DNA of 64,000 bases. It comes from Cenococcum geophilum. Lineage: Eukaryota. Under the pieces are notes generated by a model. That model searched no databases and was not told where the DNA came from. It saw only the letters and a list, made by a program, of their open reading frames with translations. Numbering within the stretch: position 1 is the first letter of the stretch; each line of letters starts with the position of its first letter. Below, piece by piece: positions 27,532 through 42,400 of the stretch. The stretch covers positions 7,626,001 to 7,690,000 of the forward strand of contig CP158635.1 in NCBI GenBank assembly GCA_050273025.1, in the 5' to 3' direction. Made by a program: the position numbers and the translations under genes.

Positions 27532-29209
27532 TAGCGGTCTATATAAGAGTCTCCTCCTAGAGTTAGTATGCTTTTGTACGGCTTAGGAGCCTTCTATAGC
27601 CTCTAGTTTTACGCCTATCTTTATTGTTTCCGCCGGTACGGGTATAAGCTACCATTTATAGGGGTCGTAACTCCCGTCTTACGTGCCTACTGGCGTAGTC
27701 CTATAAGGGCGTTGTAGCTGCATCCTGTAATATAGAAAGCCTTAGGTGTACCTTTTACGGTTAAGGCCTAGCTAAAGCCTCTCCCGCCTAAGTAACTCCT
27801 ATTTACTCCTTAAGCGTACCTTACTAGCGTACTGCCCTAGCAAGCAGTCCTATCTATTGGTATACTAATACACGCATCCGTTCTCTTAAGCTATGTAGTA
27901 GTCTCTCTAGCTAGGACGTGATCCTACCTACCTACTAGGTGCACTAGGGGTTAGAGCCTAGCTAAGGGGTAAGGTCCTTAGAGCTAGCAGTAGCTACTAT
28001 ATACTACGCCCCGCGGGAGGTTTTAATTCCCATTTCGCGTTGCCTATAAGAGTCTCCTTATAATAGGCCGACCGTATCTTACAGAATAGGTTATAGACTA
28101 GGTCCTATGCTAAGCGACCTACCCTATCCTATTCTACTAACTAAGCTTATATCCCCCCTTTTTATAAGCCGGCCTATATCTCTAGCTGTCAAGTCCTTAT
28201 ATAACTGGCCTGTGTTTCCTTAGAGCCTCCCCCATATATATATGCGCAGGTTACGTGCACCACGCCTATTAAGACCCTCCTGTAAGTCACCTGGTCGCTA
28301 TAGGGCCGTCAAAGCTGGCCTATGTTTCCGCTACCTAGAGCTTTGCCCGTGTTTCCACCTCGTAGAGCCGTCCGGTCGCTGTCGCGCCACTATCTCGTCC
28401 AGGTCGCGCGCACCACACCTATTAAGACCCTCTTCTAAGTCTCCTAGATGTACCGGATAGGCTCTCGTAGAGGGGCCTTAACGAGTTCTCTAGGTAGGGC
28501 CTTAATAAGTTCTTCGCGGTGGCCTTGGGGCCTTAATAAGTTTGTATAAGGTATCTGCGACGCGTTAACCTTAACAAGTTCTTATAAAAAGGGTTTCCCT
28601 ACGCCCTCGTCTTGCGATCTTAGAGCTAGTGCAAGCCTAAGAGTGTCCTGTTATACGACTAGGACGCGTCTACGTCGACTAGCTAATGATAAGGCTAGTT
28701 TCGGGCCTGGCTACGAGCCAGGTAGTCGTATATCGGGTGGTTTTCGTATCCCAGTATCCCTTAATAGGCCTCCCTAGGTGGTAGAGCAGGAGCCTTAAGC
28801 GGAGGCAGTAAGGCTCCTGGTGTTGTTAAGGGCGATGCTTTATACGATAGTACGCGTCGCGAGCTTAACACCACAGAACCGCGACGACAGCGTGCTGCAC
28901 GCGCTGCGACGGCTCCCTACCATCGCCTCTGCACTTGGCCATTAAAAGAAAACGATTTCCTAATAATGTTTCCACCCGCGGCGACGTGGACGCGTACAGT
29001 AGGGCTTCGCGGGTAGAGGGTTTATATATAAGGTAAGGATATAGATAGGGAGTTTAATAATAGAATAATAGGGTATATTATAAGCAGACGAATCCTTAAG
29101 GGAGAAGGAGGAGTCTGAGGTGCGAGGTAACGAAGGGGTTTCCCTAGATACGTGTAGAGCACGTGCCTTATAGGCGAGTTGTATGCGAGTCGCCTGTGCC
29201 TCCTAGCTA

Positions 29210-32200
29210 TCTAATATATACTAAGTTTGGGTTGAACCTAAGTGTCTAATTAGTTAAAAATTTGTCTGGTTACCTAATATAAGGGACATGCTACCTTATA
29301 TGCTACCCCATTAAATTCCTTACCTCGCGACCTTAAATCCTACCCCTTACTGCTCTTTACCTTCTACCCCAGTTGCTACTCCCTATTTACTGCCTAAATG
29401 CCTTCTAATCGTATATTTTGTACTGCCTGTAAGCAGTATCGCTCTTCTACTAACTTTATAACGAACCGTCATGGAGCTCTATATAAGACCTGTAACTATT
29501 ATAGGGTTAATCCTTTACTTACTCTTTTTTAACTTACTACCTTTCTAACTCTATATAGGAGAAAAGAAATAGATGGTCCCGACAACCTTTAGCGGACCTT
29601 CCACAGCCTATACCCCAAACTACAGCTACTACTACTTCCACTGCTACCTCCGCTGCTACTTCTCCCCTTATACCGCCTGTATCGATCTAGCAACCGCTTA
29701 TACCAATTTAGCCACGACCGCCCGCATTTATCCAGCTATAACCGCCTGCATTTATTTAGCTACAACCCGCCATAGCCCGCCCTATTACGGGCCAGTTAAA
29801 TATCGGGCCTATTACTACAGCCCGCCCTATTGCGGAGCAGCTAAATCGTGGTCTAATTACTACAGTCCGCCATATTACGGAGCAGCTAGATCTCAGTCCT
29901 ATAGACATTATCTATAACTTCTACACAGCCCTACATTGGATTAATAAACGTGTTAGTATATTACCTGCTAGTAATCTACGCTTTAAAGCCTACTATAAGC
30001 ACGGTAATGTAAACCTCCCTCTATTTTAGCTACCGCCAGAATATCTACGCGATCTTTTAGAGTCCTGTAGTACTTCTACTAGGTAGTTTAGGAAGCGGCT
30101 TCGCTTATATAATATAGCATTAGCTTTTACATCCGTAAACTATACTGTTACTAACCGTGGTGTAGCCCAGGGCGGCCTAAATTACTTCTAGATATATAGT
30201 AAGCTTTACTATCTATAGGGCCCGCTAGAGCCTCCTACTAATATTGCTCCGCGGTATGCCTAGCTATACTTTTACAACCCTAGTTATGCCATAGATATCC
30301 GGCTACGGGCCCGTCCTAATACCCAGCTAGATACAACTATTTTATAGTGCCTTACTACTATGCTATCTAAGGTACGGAACCCTTTTATCGCCCTCTATTA
30401 AACCGCAAAGGAACGGCTTCAGGCTTAGCCCGTAATAACCCTATTATAGATTATCTTAAACCCACAGATGTAGCTTATCTTAAAGGCTAGTGCTAATTAG
30501 CGCCATAAAAACCTCCTAATAAGCAATAAGGTGGCCATTATTATACTAGACGAGTATAGTAATACTAGCTTCCGTAATATCGTACTTATAGAGCGTTATA
30601 CGCCTAATAAGCGGCCGCGATACTGCCGTATTAACTTAACGCATGCCATATATATGCCGCTCTACTACGTACTGCTCTTCCCCCGCGGTAATACTAGCTA
30701 GCACTAGGGTCTCTAGCTATATAACTCTAATTAAGCCTACTAGCAAAACCGTTTAATATAGTGGGCGTACTTTCAGTTCTACCTACACGTCCGTATTAAC
30801 TCTAGGTTAGTCCCTTTTACCTACTACTGGCTATTTTAGTAGTATATTATAGATATATAGGCGCTATATAATTAGAATAAGCTTAGCTAAATCCGCTCTA
30901 ACTAAATAACCCTCCACGCGGAGCTATATAATGGCGTTACAGATACTCTTACCCGCTATAATCTGGACCCTACCTTATTAGGCTGTTATATAGTCCTTCC
31001 ATCTAGTTTCCTTAGCGGAGCTCGCTTTATCGGCCAGTGCTATTAGGATTTAATAGCTATTATCCGTAAATACGGCCGTCTAAGTATATTTATTACGTTT
31101 ACTGCTAACCCTAAGTAGGACGAGATTACCCGCGAGCTACTACCTAGCTAGACCGCTATAGATAGGCCCGATCTGGTTATGCGTGTCTTCTATATAAAAC
31201 TTATTTATTTTTTTTACGACCTAAAACGGAAGTAGATCTTCAGCCGGTACTACGGCTCTGTTTAGACTATTAAGTACCAGAAACAGGGCCTGCCCTATTT
31301 ATACCTACTGCTCTTCCTATATCTATATAACCGCGATAGGCTACTAAACCTAGCCGTTATTAACCGTTTTATATCTATAGAGCTTCTATAGCCTAAGGGC
31401 AATCCTACCAGTCATCTTACTAAGATCGTAAAGTTAATAATGGTTTACGGCCCTTGCGGCTCCTAAAATCCGCAAGCTCCTTATATAGTTTCGCCAGGGC
31501 TAGGCCTTCCGCTAACCTACTTAAAGCGGTACCCTAAGCCTTTTAACCCTACTACTGTCATATATAAGGACGGCTATCTAGAATACCGCCATCGCAATAA
31601 TCTGCGGTTGTGGTCTGTCCGCTTACTAGGGGGAGCTATATTTAAAATAAACAACCGCTAGATTATTCTATATAACCCATATCTAACCACAAAGTATTAT
31701 GCCTATATAAATATTAAGGTCTACGCCTCCATAAAGTCCGTTAAGTATATCTATAAGTATATATATAAGGGGAACAACTATACTACTTTACGACTTATAG
31801 ACGGCAATAAGGTAAGCTAGTATTTATAGGGCTGTTATATTGGCCCCTCCGAGGCTATCTAGCGGCTATTTAAGTTTCCCGTTTATAAGGAGTTCCCCCC
31901 TATAATCTAGCTTGCGGTATACCTTCTAGGCGAGCAGCTTATATACTTTTAGCTAGACTAGTCTATAGAGAAGATCTAGCAACGCCTTAAGCTCTCTTAC
32001 TCTACCTTAACGGCCTTCTTTAAGTATAACGCGGAGTATAATAATGGCCGTAACCGCCTATATTAAGACTTCCCTAAGCGCTACGTCTTTTATATAAAGT
32101 AGTGGGAGTGGCGTCTACGCCAGCGAGGCCTTATAATAGGCCGTATATATTACTGCAGCCCCATTACGGGCGAGAGGTTCTACTTACGGCTACTACTAAC

Positions 32201-34328
32201 CTCTATTTCCGGCCCTACCTCCTTTAAGGACCTCCGTACTATTGCTGGTGTAGTCTATTTAACCTTTTAGGCCGCCTACGTGGCTCTAGGGCTACTGGAG
32301 GATAATTATAAGTAGATTAATTACTTTACGGAGGCCGCCATTTTTGCCACTAGCGCCTAGCTACGCTCCTTATTTATAACCGCTTTACTTTACAGCCCTA
32401 TTACGGAGCTAGTTACTTTATAGGACCGCTTTAAACAGTCTATCTATAATAATCTACCTCGCTTTCTAGCCCGCTAACCTAATACTCCTCCTATAGTTAG
32501 CGAGGACAATAACACCTATTTTAATTACAGCCTATACCTTATCTATTAGATACTTACGGATTACTAAAAAACGCTTACGGACTATAGCCTGCCCTAGTTC
32601 TAGCACTAGTAGGGTATTATTGCCGAGGCAAGTAACCCGCTTCTTATAGCGGAGCTACTATAATACGACCCTATAGAGGAAGAATGCTAGTTTACTAAGC
32701 TATGCTAGCAGCTAAATACGGATTAGGCAGCGTGCTTTAATACTATTATTGCCGCTATAGATGCGGATCTGCAAACCGCCTACTTTTTTCTCTAGGGCCC
32801 TATAGGCACTAGTAAAACGTTTCTTTATTACTACCTCTACCACTACTACCGCTTACGTGGTAAGATTGTTCTTTATATAGCTTCTTCTAGTATTACAGCC
32901 CTTTTACTGCCTAGCAGCTGTACCGCCTATTCCCGTTTTTAGATACCTATTAATCTACATAAGGAGTCTACTTATAATGTCTCTAAAAGCTTAAATCTAG
33001 CTAAGCTCCTACGCCGTACCTCTCTGCTTATTTAGGATGAGGTGCCAATATAGCACCACTACTACTTTAAAGCCGTACACTATATACTTACGGATATCCG
33101 TTCTAACGACTCTACCTTTAGCGGACTCCCTACTATCTTAGGCGGCGACTTTGCTTAAATACTGCCTATTATCCCACGGGGAAACCGCGTAGCTATTATA
33201 GGTGCTTGCCTATAGCGGTCGTTCCTCTAGCCTACCTTCTATATCCTCTCCCTACGGTTAAATATACGTATTTGCTAGGGCGAGATAAACCAGTAGTTTG
33301 CCGCTTAGGTGCGAAGCTTATCCTATAATATATCCCTAGCTAGTAGGGTTAGTATTCTACCTAGTATAGCCTAGTTCTAGTCCCAGGAATTCTTTTATAG
33401 GCATATATACCCTCTATATCTACTTACGCGGGCATACTATAACCTAGATGCCTTTCGCGATCGCGCTATCCTAACTATTCGTAATAATACCATTGCTAAG
33501 ATTAATAAGGCTATCCTTACGTAGCTCTACGGCTCCCTAAGCACCTTTTATTCTATAGACTCTGTAAAGTAAAATAGAGCAGAAGAGAGTTATATAGAAC
33601 TACCGCCAGCAGAGCTCCTATAGATATTTAACCCTAATAACCTACCTCTATTAAAGCTTTCCCTAAAGGTAGGCACGCCCGTAATCCTTTTACGGAACCT
33701 TTACCCTAAGGAAGGGCTCTATAACGGCACCCGTATAGTTATTACGCGCCTAGGCCGCCGCTATATTAAAACTCGGGTATTTAGCAGTACCTTTTACAGG
33801 CAGCTACAGCTAATCCCTTATATTAAGCTCACCTCTATAGACGGAGAACTACCGTTTATTATTAGTAGAAGGTAGTTTCTAATCCGGCTATACTTTGCTA
33901 TAACTATAAACAAGTTATAAGGGCAGTCTTTTAACTTTGTTGGTGTTAATTTGCGTATACCAGTCTTTATATATAGGCAGCTATATATTACACTATTAAG
34001 AGTAACGGATATACGCGGGCTTTTGCTATTACTACCGTAGAATAGGGATAGTATAACTGCTAATATTATATATCTAGAGGTATTGCTATACTTTTAGTAT
34101 TTTACTGGCCGTTACGGGCTAAGACGCGAGGGGACGGTATAGTAGCAGTGGCAGCAATAGTAGTAGTGGTAGTAGTAATAGCAGGGCAGTAGTAGGGCAG
34201 ACTGAGTTTAAAAGGCTAAAAGCCCGCCATAGGCGCAAGAAATCCGTTAAATTTACCTAAGGACCAAAATTGCTGGCTATAAGTCAGCAATTTTAAAAAT
34301 TTCCTTAGAAAATTTAACGGATTTCTCG
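29210..34328 (+). mobile_element. Helitron unit 1 (5119 bp)
   Basis: A|TC 5' start with no TSD. Contains the RepHel pseudogene. Terminal hairpin ends ...atttctcg and directly abuts the TC of unit 2. Confidence 0.95.
29398..34097 (+). pseudogene. Helitron Rep/PIF1 helicase (RepHel), unit 1
   Basis: N-terminal CxxC..CxxC and a probable intron at 29506-29558. Rep motifs FITFTANPK* (~31090), KYQKQGLPYLYLLLF (~31272; HUH motif GLPHLH) and YIYKYIYKG (~31746). PIF1 motifs GPIGTSKTF (~32796), DEVPI (~33036), LGGDFA*ILP, FAITINKL*GQS (~33894) and GQLYV-like/LSRV-like (~33975). Confidence 0.95.
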
Positions 34329-37300
34329 TCTAATATATACCAAGTTTGGGTTAAACCTAAGTGTCTAATTGGTTAAAAATTTGTCTGGTTACCTGATATA
34401 AGGGATATACTACCTTACATGCTACCCCATCAAATTCCTTACCTCGCGACCTTAAATCCTACCCCTTACTGCTCTCTACCTTCTACCCCAGTTACTACTC
34501 CCTATTTACTGCCTAAATGCCTTCTAATTGTATATTTTGTACTGCCTATAAGCAGTATTACTCTTCTACTAACTTTGCAACAAACTGTTATAAAGCTCCG
34601 TATAAGACCTATAACTATTATAGGGTTAATCCTTTACTTACTCTTTTTTAACTTACTACCTTTCTAACTCTATATAGGAGAAAAGAAATAGACGGTCCTA
34701 ACAACCTTTAGCGGACCTTTTACAGCCTATACCCTAAACTACAGCCACTACTACTTCCGCTACTACCTCCACTACTACTTCTCCCCTTATACCGCCTGTA
34801 TTAATCTAGTAACCACCTATACCAATCTAGCCGCGACCGCCTGCATTTATCCAGCCGCAACTACCCGCATTTATCTAGCCATAACCCGCTATGGCCCGCC
34901 CTATTATAGGCTAGTTAAATATCGGGCCTATTACTATAGCCCGCCCTATTGCAAAGCAGCTAGATCGTAATCCAATTACTATAATCCGCCATATTACAGA
35001 GCAGCTAGATCTTAGTTCTATAGACGTTATCTATAACTTCTACACAGCCCTACATTAGATTAATAAACGTGTTAGTATATTACCTGCCAGCAATCCACGC
35101 TTTAAAGCCTACTATAAGCACGGTGATATAAACCTCCCTCTATTTTAGCCACCACCAAAATATCTACGCGATCTTTTGGAGTCCCATAGTACTTCTACTA
35201 AACAATTTAAGGAGCGGCTTCGCTTATATAATGCAGTATTAGCTTTTACGTCCGTAAACTATACTGTTACTAACCATAGTATAGCCCGGGGCGGCCCAAA
35301 TTGCTTTTAAATATATGGTAAGCTTTACCATCTATAGGGCCCGCTAGAGCCTCCTACCGATATTACTCCGCGGTATACCTAGCTATACTTTTACAACCCT
35401 AGTTATACCATAGATATTTAGCTACGGGCCCGTCCTAATACCTAGCTAAATACAACCATTTTACGGTGCCTTACTACTATGCTATCTAAGGTACGGAACC
35501 CTTTTATTACCCTCTATTAAACCGTAAAGGAATAGCTTTAGGCTTAACCCGTAACAACCCTGTCGCGGATTATCTTAAACCTATAGATATAGCTTATCTT
35601 AAAAGCTGGTACTAATTAGTACTGTAAGAACCTCTTAATAAGCAACAAGGTGGCCGTTATTATACTAAACAAGTACGGTAATGCTAGCTTCTGCGATATT
35701 ATACTTGCGGAGCATTATACGCCTAATAAGCGGCCGCGATACTACTGTATTAACTTAACGCATGCCGTATATATACCGCTCCACTACATGCTGCTCTTCC
35801 CCCGCGGTAATACTGGCTGGCACTAAGGTCTCCAGCTACGCGACTTTAATTAAGCCCGCTAGCAAGACCGTTTAACGCAATAGGCGTACTTTTAGTTCTA
35901 CCTACACGTCCGTATTAACTTTAGGTTAGTCCCTTTTACTTACTACCGACTATTTTAGCAGTATGTTATAGATGCATAGGCGCTATATAATTAGAATAAG
36001 CTTAGCTAAATCCGCTCTAACTAAACAACCTTTTACATAGAGCTGTATAATGGCGTTGCGGATACTCTTACCCGCCATAATCTGGACCCTACCTTATTAG
36101 GCTACTATATAGTCCTTCTATCTAGTTTTCTTAGCGGAGCTCGCTTTATCGGCTAGTGCTATTAGGATTTAATAGCTATTGTCCGTAAATACGGCCGTTT
36201 AAGTATATTTATTACGTTTACTGCCAACCCTAAATGGGACGAGATTACCCGCGAGCTACTACCTAGCCAGACCGCTATAGATAGGCCCGATCTGGTTATA
36301 CGCGTCTTCCGTATAAAACTTATCTACCTTTTTCACAACCTAAAACAGAAGCAGATCTTCGGCTAGTACCGCGGCTCTATCTAGACCATTAAGTACCAAA
36401 AACAGGGCCTGCCCCATCTATACCTACTGCTCTTCCTATATCCGTATAACCGCGATAGGCTGCTAAACCTAGCCGTTATTAACCGTTTTATATCCGCGGA
36501 GCTTCCGCAGCCTAAGGATAATCCCACTAGTCATTTTACTGAGATTATAAAGTCGATAATAGTTTACGGCCCTTGCGGCTCCTAGAATCCGCGAGCTCCC
36601 TATATAGTTTTGCTAGGGCTAGGCCTTCCGCCAACCTACTTAAAGCGGTACCCTAAGCCTTTTAACCCTACTACTGTTATATATAAGGACAGCTATTCAA
36701 AATACCGCCGTCGCAATAATCTACGGTTATAGTCTGTCCGCTTACTAGGGGGAGCTATATTTAAAATAAACAACCATTAAATTATTCCGTATAACCCGTA
36801 TCTAACTACAAAGTATTATACCTATATAAATGTTAAGGTCTACGCCTCTATAAAGTCCGTTAAGTATATCTATAAGTATATATATAAGGGGAACGACCGC
36901 ACCACTTTACGACTTACGGACGGCGACGAGGTAAGCCAGTATTTATAGGGCCGTTATATTGGCCCCTCTAAGGCTATCTGGCGGCTATTTAAGTTTCCCA
37001 TTTATAAGGAGTTCCCCCCTATAATCTAGCTTACAGTACACCTTCTAGGCGAGCAGCCCGTATACTTTTAGCTAGATTAGTCTATAGAGGAGATCTAGTA
37101 GCGCCTTAAGCTCTCTTACTCTACCTTAACGGCCTTCTTTAAGTATAACGCGGAGTATAATAATGGCCGTAACCGCCTATATCAAGACTTCCCTAAGCGC
37201 TACGTCTTTTATACAAAGCAGCGGGAGTGGCGTCTGCGCCAACGAGGCCTTGCGATAGGCCGTATATATTACTACAGCCCCATTATAGGCGAGAGGTTCT

Positions 37301-39447
37301 ACTTACGGCTACTACTAACCTCCGTTCCCGGCCCTACCTCCTTTAAGGACCTCTATACTATTACTAGTATAATCTATTTAACCTTTTAGGCCGCCTACGT
37401 GGCTCTAGGGCTACTAAAGGATAATTATAAATAAATTAATTACTTTACGGAGGCCGCCGTTTTTGCCACTGGCGCCCAGCTACGCTCCTTATTTATAACC
37501 GCTTTACTTTACAGCCCTATTACGGAGCTAGTTGCTTTATAGGACCGCTTTAAACAGTCTATCTATAATAATCTGCCTTGCTTTCTGGCCCACTAACCTA
37601 ATACTCCTCCTATAGTCGGCGAGGACGATAACACCTATCTTAATTACGGCCTATACCTTATTTATTAGATACTTACGGATCACCAAAAGACGCTTATAGA
37701 TTATGGCCTGCCCCAGTTCCAGTACTAGTGGAGTATTATTACCGAGGTAAGTAACCTACTTCTTATAGCGGAGCTGCTACAATATGACCCTATAGAGGAA
37801 GAACGCCAGTTTACTAAGCTACGCCAGTAGCTAAATACGGATTAGGCAGCGTGCTTTAATACTATCGTTACCGCTATAGATGCGGATCCGTAAACCGCCC
37901 GCTTCTTTCTCTAGGGCCCTATAAGCACTAGTAAAACGTTTCTTTATCGCTACCTCTACTACTACTACCGCTCGCGCGGTAAGATTGTTCTTTACGTAGC
38001 TTCTTTTAGTATTGCGGCCCTTTTACTACCCGGCGGCCATACCGCCCATTCCCGTTTTCGGATACCTATTAATCTATATAAGGAGTCTACTTGCAATATC
38101 TCTAAAAGCTTAAATCTAGCTAAGCTCCTACGCCGTACCTCTCTACTTATTTGGGATGAGGTGCTAATACAGTACCGCTACTGCTTTAAAGCCATATACT
38201 ATATACTTACGGATATTCGTTCTAACGACTCTACCTTTAGCGGACTCCCTACTATCTTAGGCGGTGACTTTACTTAGATACTGCTTATCGTCCCACGGGG
38301 GAACTACGCAGCTATTATAGGTGCTTACCTATAGCGGTCATTCCTCTAGCCTACCTTCTATATCCTTTCCCTATAGTTAAATATACGTGTCCACTAGGGC
38401 GAGATAAACTAGCAGTTTACCACTTAAGTGCGAAGCTTATCCTACAATACATCCCTAGCTAGTAGGGTTGGTATTCTACCTAGTATAGCCCAGTTCCGGT
38501 CCCAGGAATCCTTTTACGGGCATATATACCCTCCGTATCTACTTACGCGGGCACACTATAACCTAAATGCCTTCCGCGATCGCGCTATCCTAACTATTTA
38601 TAATGATACCGTTACTAAGATCAATAAGGCTATCCTTACGTAGCTCTACGGCTTCCTAAGCACCTTTTATTTTATAGACTCTATAGAGTAAAATGAAGTA
38701 GAAGAGAGTTATATGGAACTACCGCTAGCAGAGCTCCTATAGACATTTAACCCCAGTAACCTACCTCCGTTAAAGCTTTCCCTAAAGGTAGGCACGCCCG
38801 TAATCCTTTTATAGAACCTTTACCCTAAGGAAGGGCTCTATAACGGCACCCGTATAGTTATTACGCGCCTAGGCCGCCGCTATATTAAGACTTAGGTACT
38901 TAGCGGTACCTTTTATGGGCAGCTACGGCTAATCCCTTGCATTAAGCTTACCTCTACGGACGGAGAACTACCGTTTATTGTTAGTAGAAGGCAGTTTCTA
39001 ATCCGGCTATGCTTTACTATAACCGTAAATAAGTTATAAGGGCAGTCTTTTAACTTTGTCGGTGTTAATTTATGTATACCAGTCTTTATGTATAGGCAGC
39101 TATATATTACACTATTAAGAGTAACGGATATATATGGGCTTTCGCTATTACTACCGCAGAACAGGGATAGTATAATTACTAATATTATATATCCGGAGGT
39201 ATTGCTGTACTCTTAGTATTTTACTAGCCGTTACAGGCTAAGACGCAAGGGGACGGTATAGCAGCAGTGGTAGTAGTAGTAGTAGTAGCAGTGGTAATAG
39301 TAGGGTAATAGTAGGGCAGACTAAGTTTAGAAGGCCAAAAGCCCGCCATAGGCGTAAGAAATCCGTTAAATTTACCCAAGAACCAAAATTGCTAGCTATA
39401 AGTTAGTAATTTTAAAATTTTCCTTAGAAAATTTAATGGATTTCTTA
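34329..39447 (+). mobile_element. Helitron unit 2 (5119 bp)
   Basis: Collinear with unit 1 at an offset of exactly 5119. Differences are RIP-type. Confidence 0.95.
34517..39216 (+). pseudogene. RepHel, unit 2
   Basis: Same motifs as unit 1, e.g. FTANPKWDEI (~36217) and GLPHL (~36406). Confidence 0.93.
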
Positions 39448-42400
39448 TCTAATATATACTAAGTTTGGGTTAAACCTAAGTATCTAATTGGTTAAAAATT
39501 TGTCTGGTTACCTAATATAAGGGATATACTACCTTACGTGCTACCCTATTAAATTCCTTACCTTACGACCTTAAATCCTACCCCTTACTACTCTCTACCT
39601 TCTACCCCAGTTACTACTCCCTATTTACTACCTAAATGCCTTCCAATTATATATTTTGTACTACCTATAAGCAGTATCACTCTTCTATTAACTTTACAAC
39701 GAACTGTTATAGAGCTCCATATAAGACCTATAACCATTATAAAGTTAATCCTTTATTTACTCTTTTTTAACTTACTACCTTTCTAACTCTATATAGGAGA
39801 AAAGAAATAAACGGTCCCGATAACCTTTAGCGGACCTTTTACAGCCTATACCCTAAACTACAGCCACTACTACTTCCGCTACTACCTCCGCTGCTACTTC
39901 TCCCCTTATACCGCCCGTATTAATCTAGCAACCGCCTATACCAATTCAGCCGCGACCGCCCGCATTTATCTAGCTATAACCGCCCGCATTTATCTAGCCA
40001 CAACCTGCTATAGCCCGCCCTATTACGGGCCAGTTAAATATTAAGCCTATTACTATAGCCCGCCCTATTGTAGAGCAGCTAGATTATAGTCTAATTACTA
40101 TAGTCCGCTATATTACGGAGCAGCTAGATCTCGGTCCTATAGATATTATCTATAACTTCTATATAGCCCTACATTAGATTAATAAATGTATTAGTATATT
40201 ACCTGCCAGCAATTCACGCTTTAAAGCCTACTGTAAGTACAGTAATATAAACCTCCCTCTATTCTAGCTACCGCTAAAATATCTACGCGATCTTTTAGAG
40301 TCCTGTAGTACTTCTACTAGGTAGTTTAGGGAGCGGCTTCGCTTATATAATATAGCATTAGCTTTTATATTCGCAAACTATACCATTACTAACCGTAGTA
40401 TAGCCTAGGGCGGCCCAAATTGCTTCTAGATATATAGTGAGCTTTACTATCTACAGGGCCCACTAGAGCCTCCTACTGATATTGCTCCGCGGTATACCTA
40501 GCTATACTTTTACGACCCTAGTTATACTATAAATGTCCGGCTATAAGCCCGTCCTAATACCTAGCTAGATATAACCATTCTATAGTGCCTTACTACTATA
40601 CTATCTAAGGTACGGAACCCTTTTATCGCCCTCTATTAAACCGTAAAGAAACAGCTTTAGGCTTAGCCCGTAACAACCCCGTCGCGAATTATCTTAAACC
40701 TATAGATACAGCTTATCTTAGAGGCTAGTGCTAATTAGCGCCGTAAGAACCTCCTAATAAGTAATAAGGTGGCCGTTATTATACTAAACAAGTATAGTAA
40801 TACTAGCTTCCGTAATATTGTGCTTATAAAGCGTTATACGCCTAATAAGCGGCCGTAATACTACCGTATTAACTTAACGCATGCCGCATATATGCCGCTT
40901 TACTACGTACTACTCTTCCCCCGCAGTAATACTGGCTAGTACTAGGGTCTCTAGCTACGCGACTCTAATTAAGCCCGCCAATAAGACCGTTTAATATAGT
41001 GGGCGTACTTTTGGTTCTACCTACACGTCCGTATTAACTCTAGGTTAATCCCTTTTACTTACTACTAGCTATTTTAGCAGTATATTGTGGATATATAGGC
41101 GCTATATAATTAAAATAAGCTTAGCTAGATCTGCTCTAACTAAACAACCCTCCGCGTGGAGCTATATAATGGCGTTATAAATACTCTTACCTGCTATAAT
41201 CTGGACCCTACCTTATTAGGCCGCCGTATAGTCCTTCCATCTAGTTTCCTTAGCGAAGCTCGCTTTATCAGCCAGTGCTATTAGGATTTAATAGCTATTA
41301 TCCGTAAATACGGCCGTCTAAGTATATTTATTACGTTTACTGCTAACCCTAAGTAGGACGAGATTACCCATAAGCTATTACCTAGCTAGACCGCTACAGA
41401 CAGGCCCAATCTAGTTATGCGCGTCTTCCGCATAAAACTTATCTACCTTTTTTACGACCTAAAACGGAAGTAGATCTTCGGCCGGTACCGCGGCTCTATC
41501 TAGACTATTAAGTACTAAAAACAGGGCCTGCCCCATCTATACCTGCTGCTCTTTCTGTATCCGTATAACCGCGATAGGCTGCTAGACCTAGCTGTTATCG
41601 ACCGTTTTATATCCGCGGAGCTTCTATAGCCTAAGAACGATCCTACTAGTTATCTTACTAAGATTATAAAGTCAATAATAGTTCACGGCCCTTATAGCTC
41701 CTAGAATCCGCGAGCTCCCTATATAGTTTTACTAGGGCTAGGCCTTCCACCAACCTATTTAAAGCGGTACCCTAAGCCTTTTAACCTTACTACTGTCGTA
41801 TATAAGGACGGCTATCTAGAATACCGCCGTTATAATAATTTACGGTTATGGTCTATCCGCTTACTAGGGGGAGCTATATTTAAAATAAATAACCGCTAGA
41901 TTATTCCGTACAACCTGTATCTAACCGTAAAGTATTATACCTATATAAATGTTAAGGTCTGCGCCTTCGTAAAGTCCGTTAAGTATATCTATAAGTATAT
42001 ATATAAGGGGAACAACCGCACCACTTTACGACTTATAGACGGCGATAAGGTAAGCTAGTATTTACAGGGCCGTTATATTGGCCCCTCCGAGGCTATCTAG
42101 CGGCTATTTAAGTTTCCCATTTATAAGAAGTTCCCCCCTATAATCTAGCTTACGGTACACCTTCTAGGTAAATAGCCTGTATACTTTTAGCTAGACTAGT
42201 CTATAGAGGAGATCCAGTAGCGCCTTAAGCTCTCTTACTCTACCTTAACGGCCTTCTTTAAGTATAACGCGGAGCATAATAATGGCTGTAACCGCCTATA
42301 TTAAGACTTCCCTAAGCGCTATATCTTTTATATAAAGCAGCGGGAGTAACGTCTACGCTAGTAAGGCCTTATAATAGGCCGTATATATTACTACAGCCCC

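Larger units (their letters stand above)
12540..29014 (-). mobile_element. full-length Tad1-like LINE (~7.2 kb after removing nested insertions)
   Basis: (TAA)n tail at 12540. TSD agagggtttatata at 12526-12539 and 29015-29028. ORF1 with CCHC knuckles and ORF2 with APE and RT are present. Interrupted at 17293-24079 and 25091-27531. Confidence 0.93.

Noticed and set aside
29573..29917. 114-aa Tyr/Pro-rich ORF (also 34419, 44864, 51356, 52652)
   Set aside because: These are alternative frames of the RepHel region or Helitron leader and are not kept open in the sister units.
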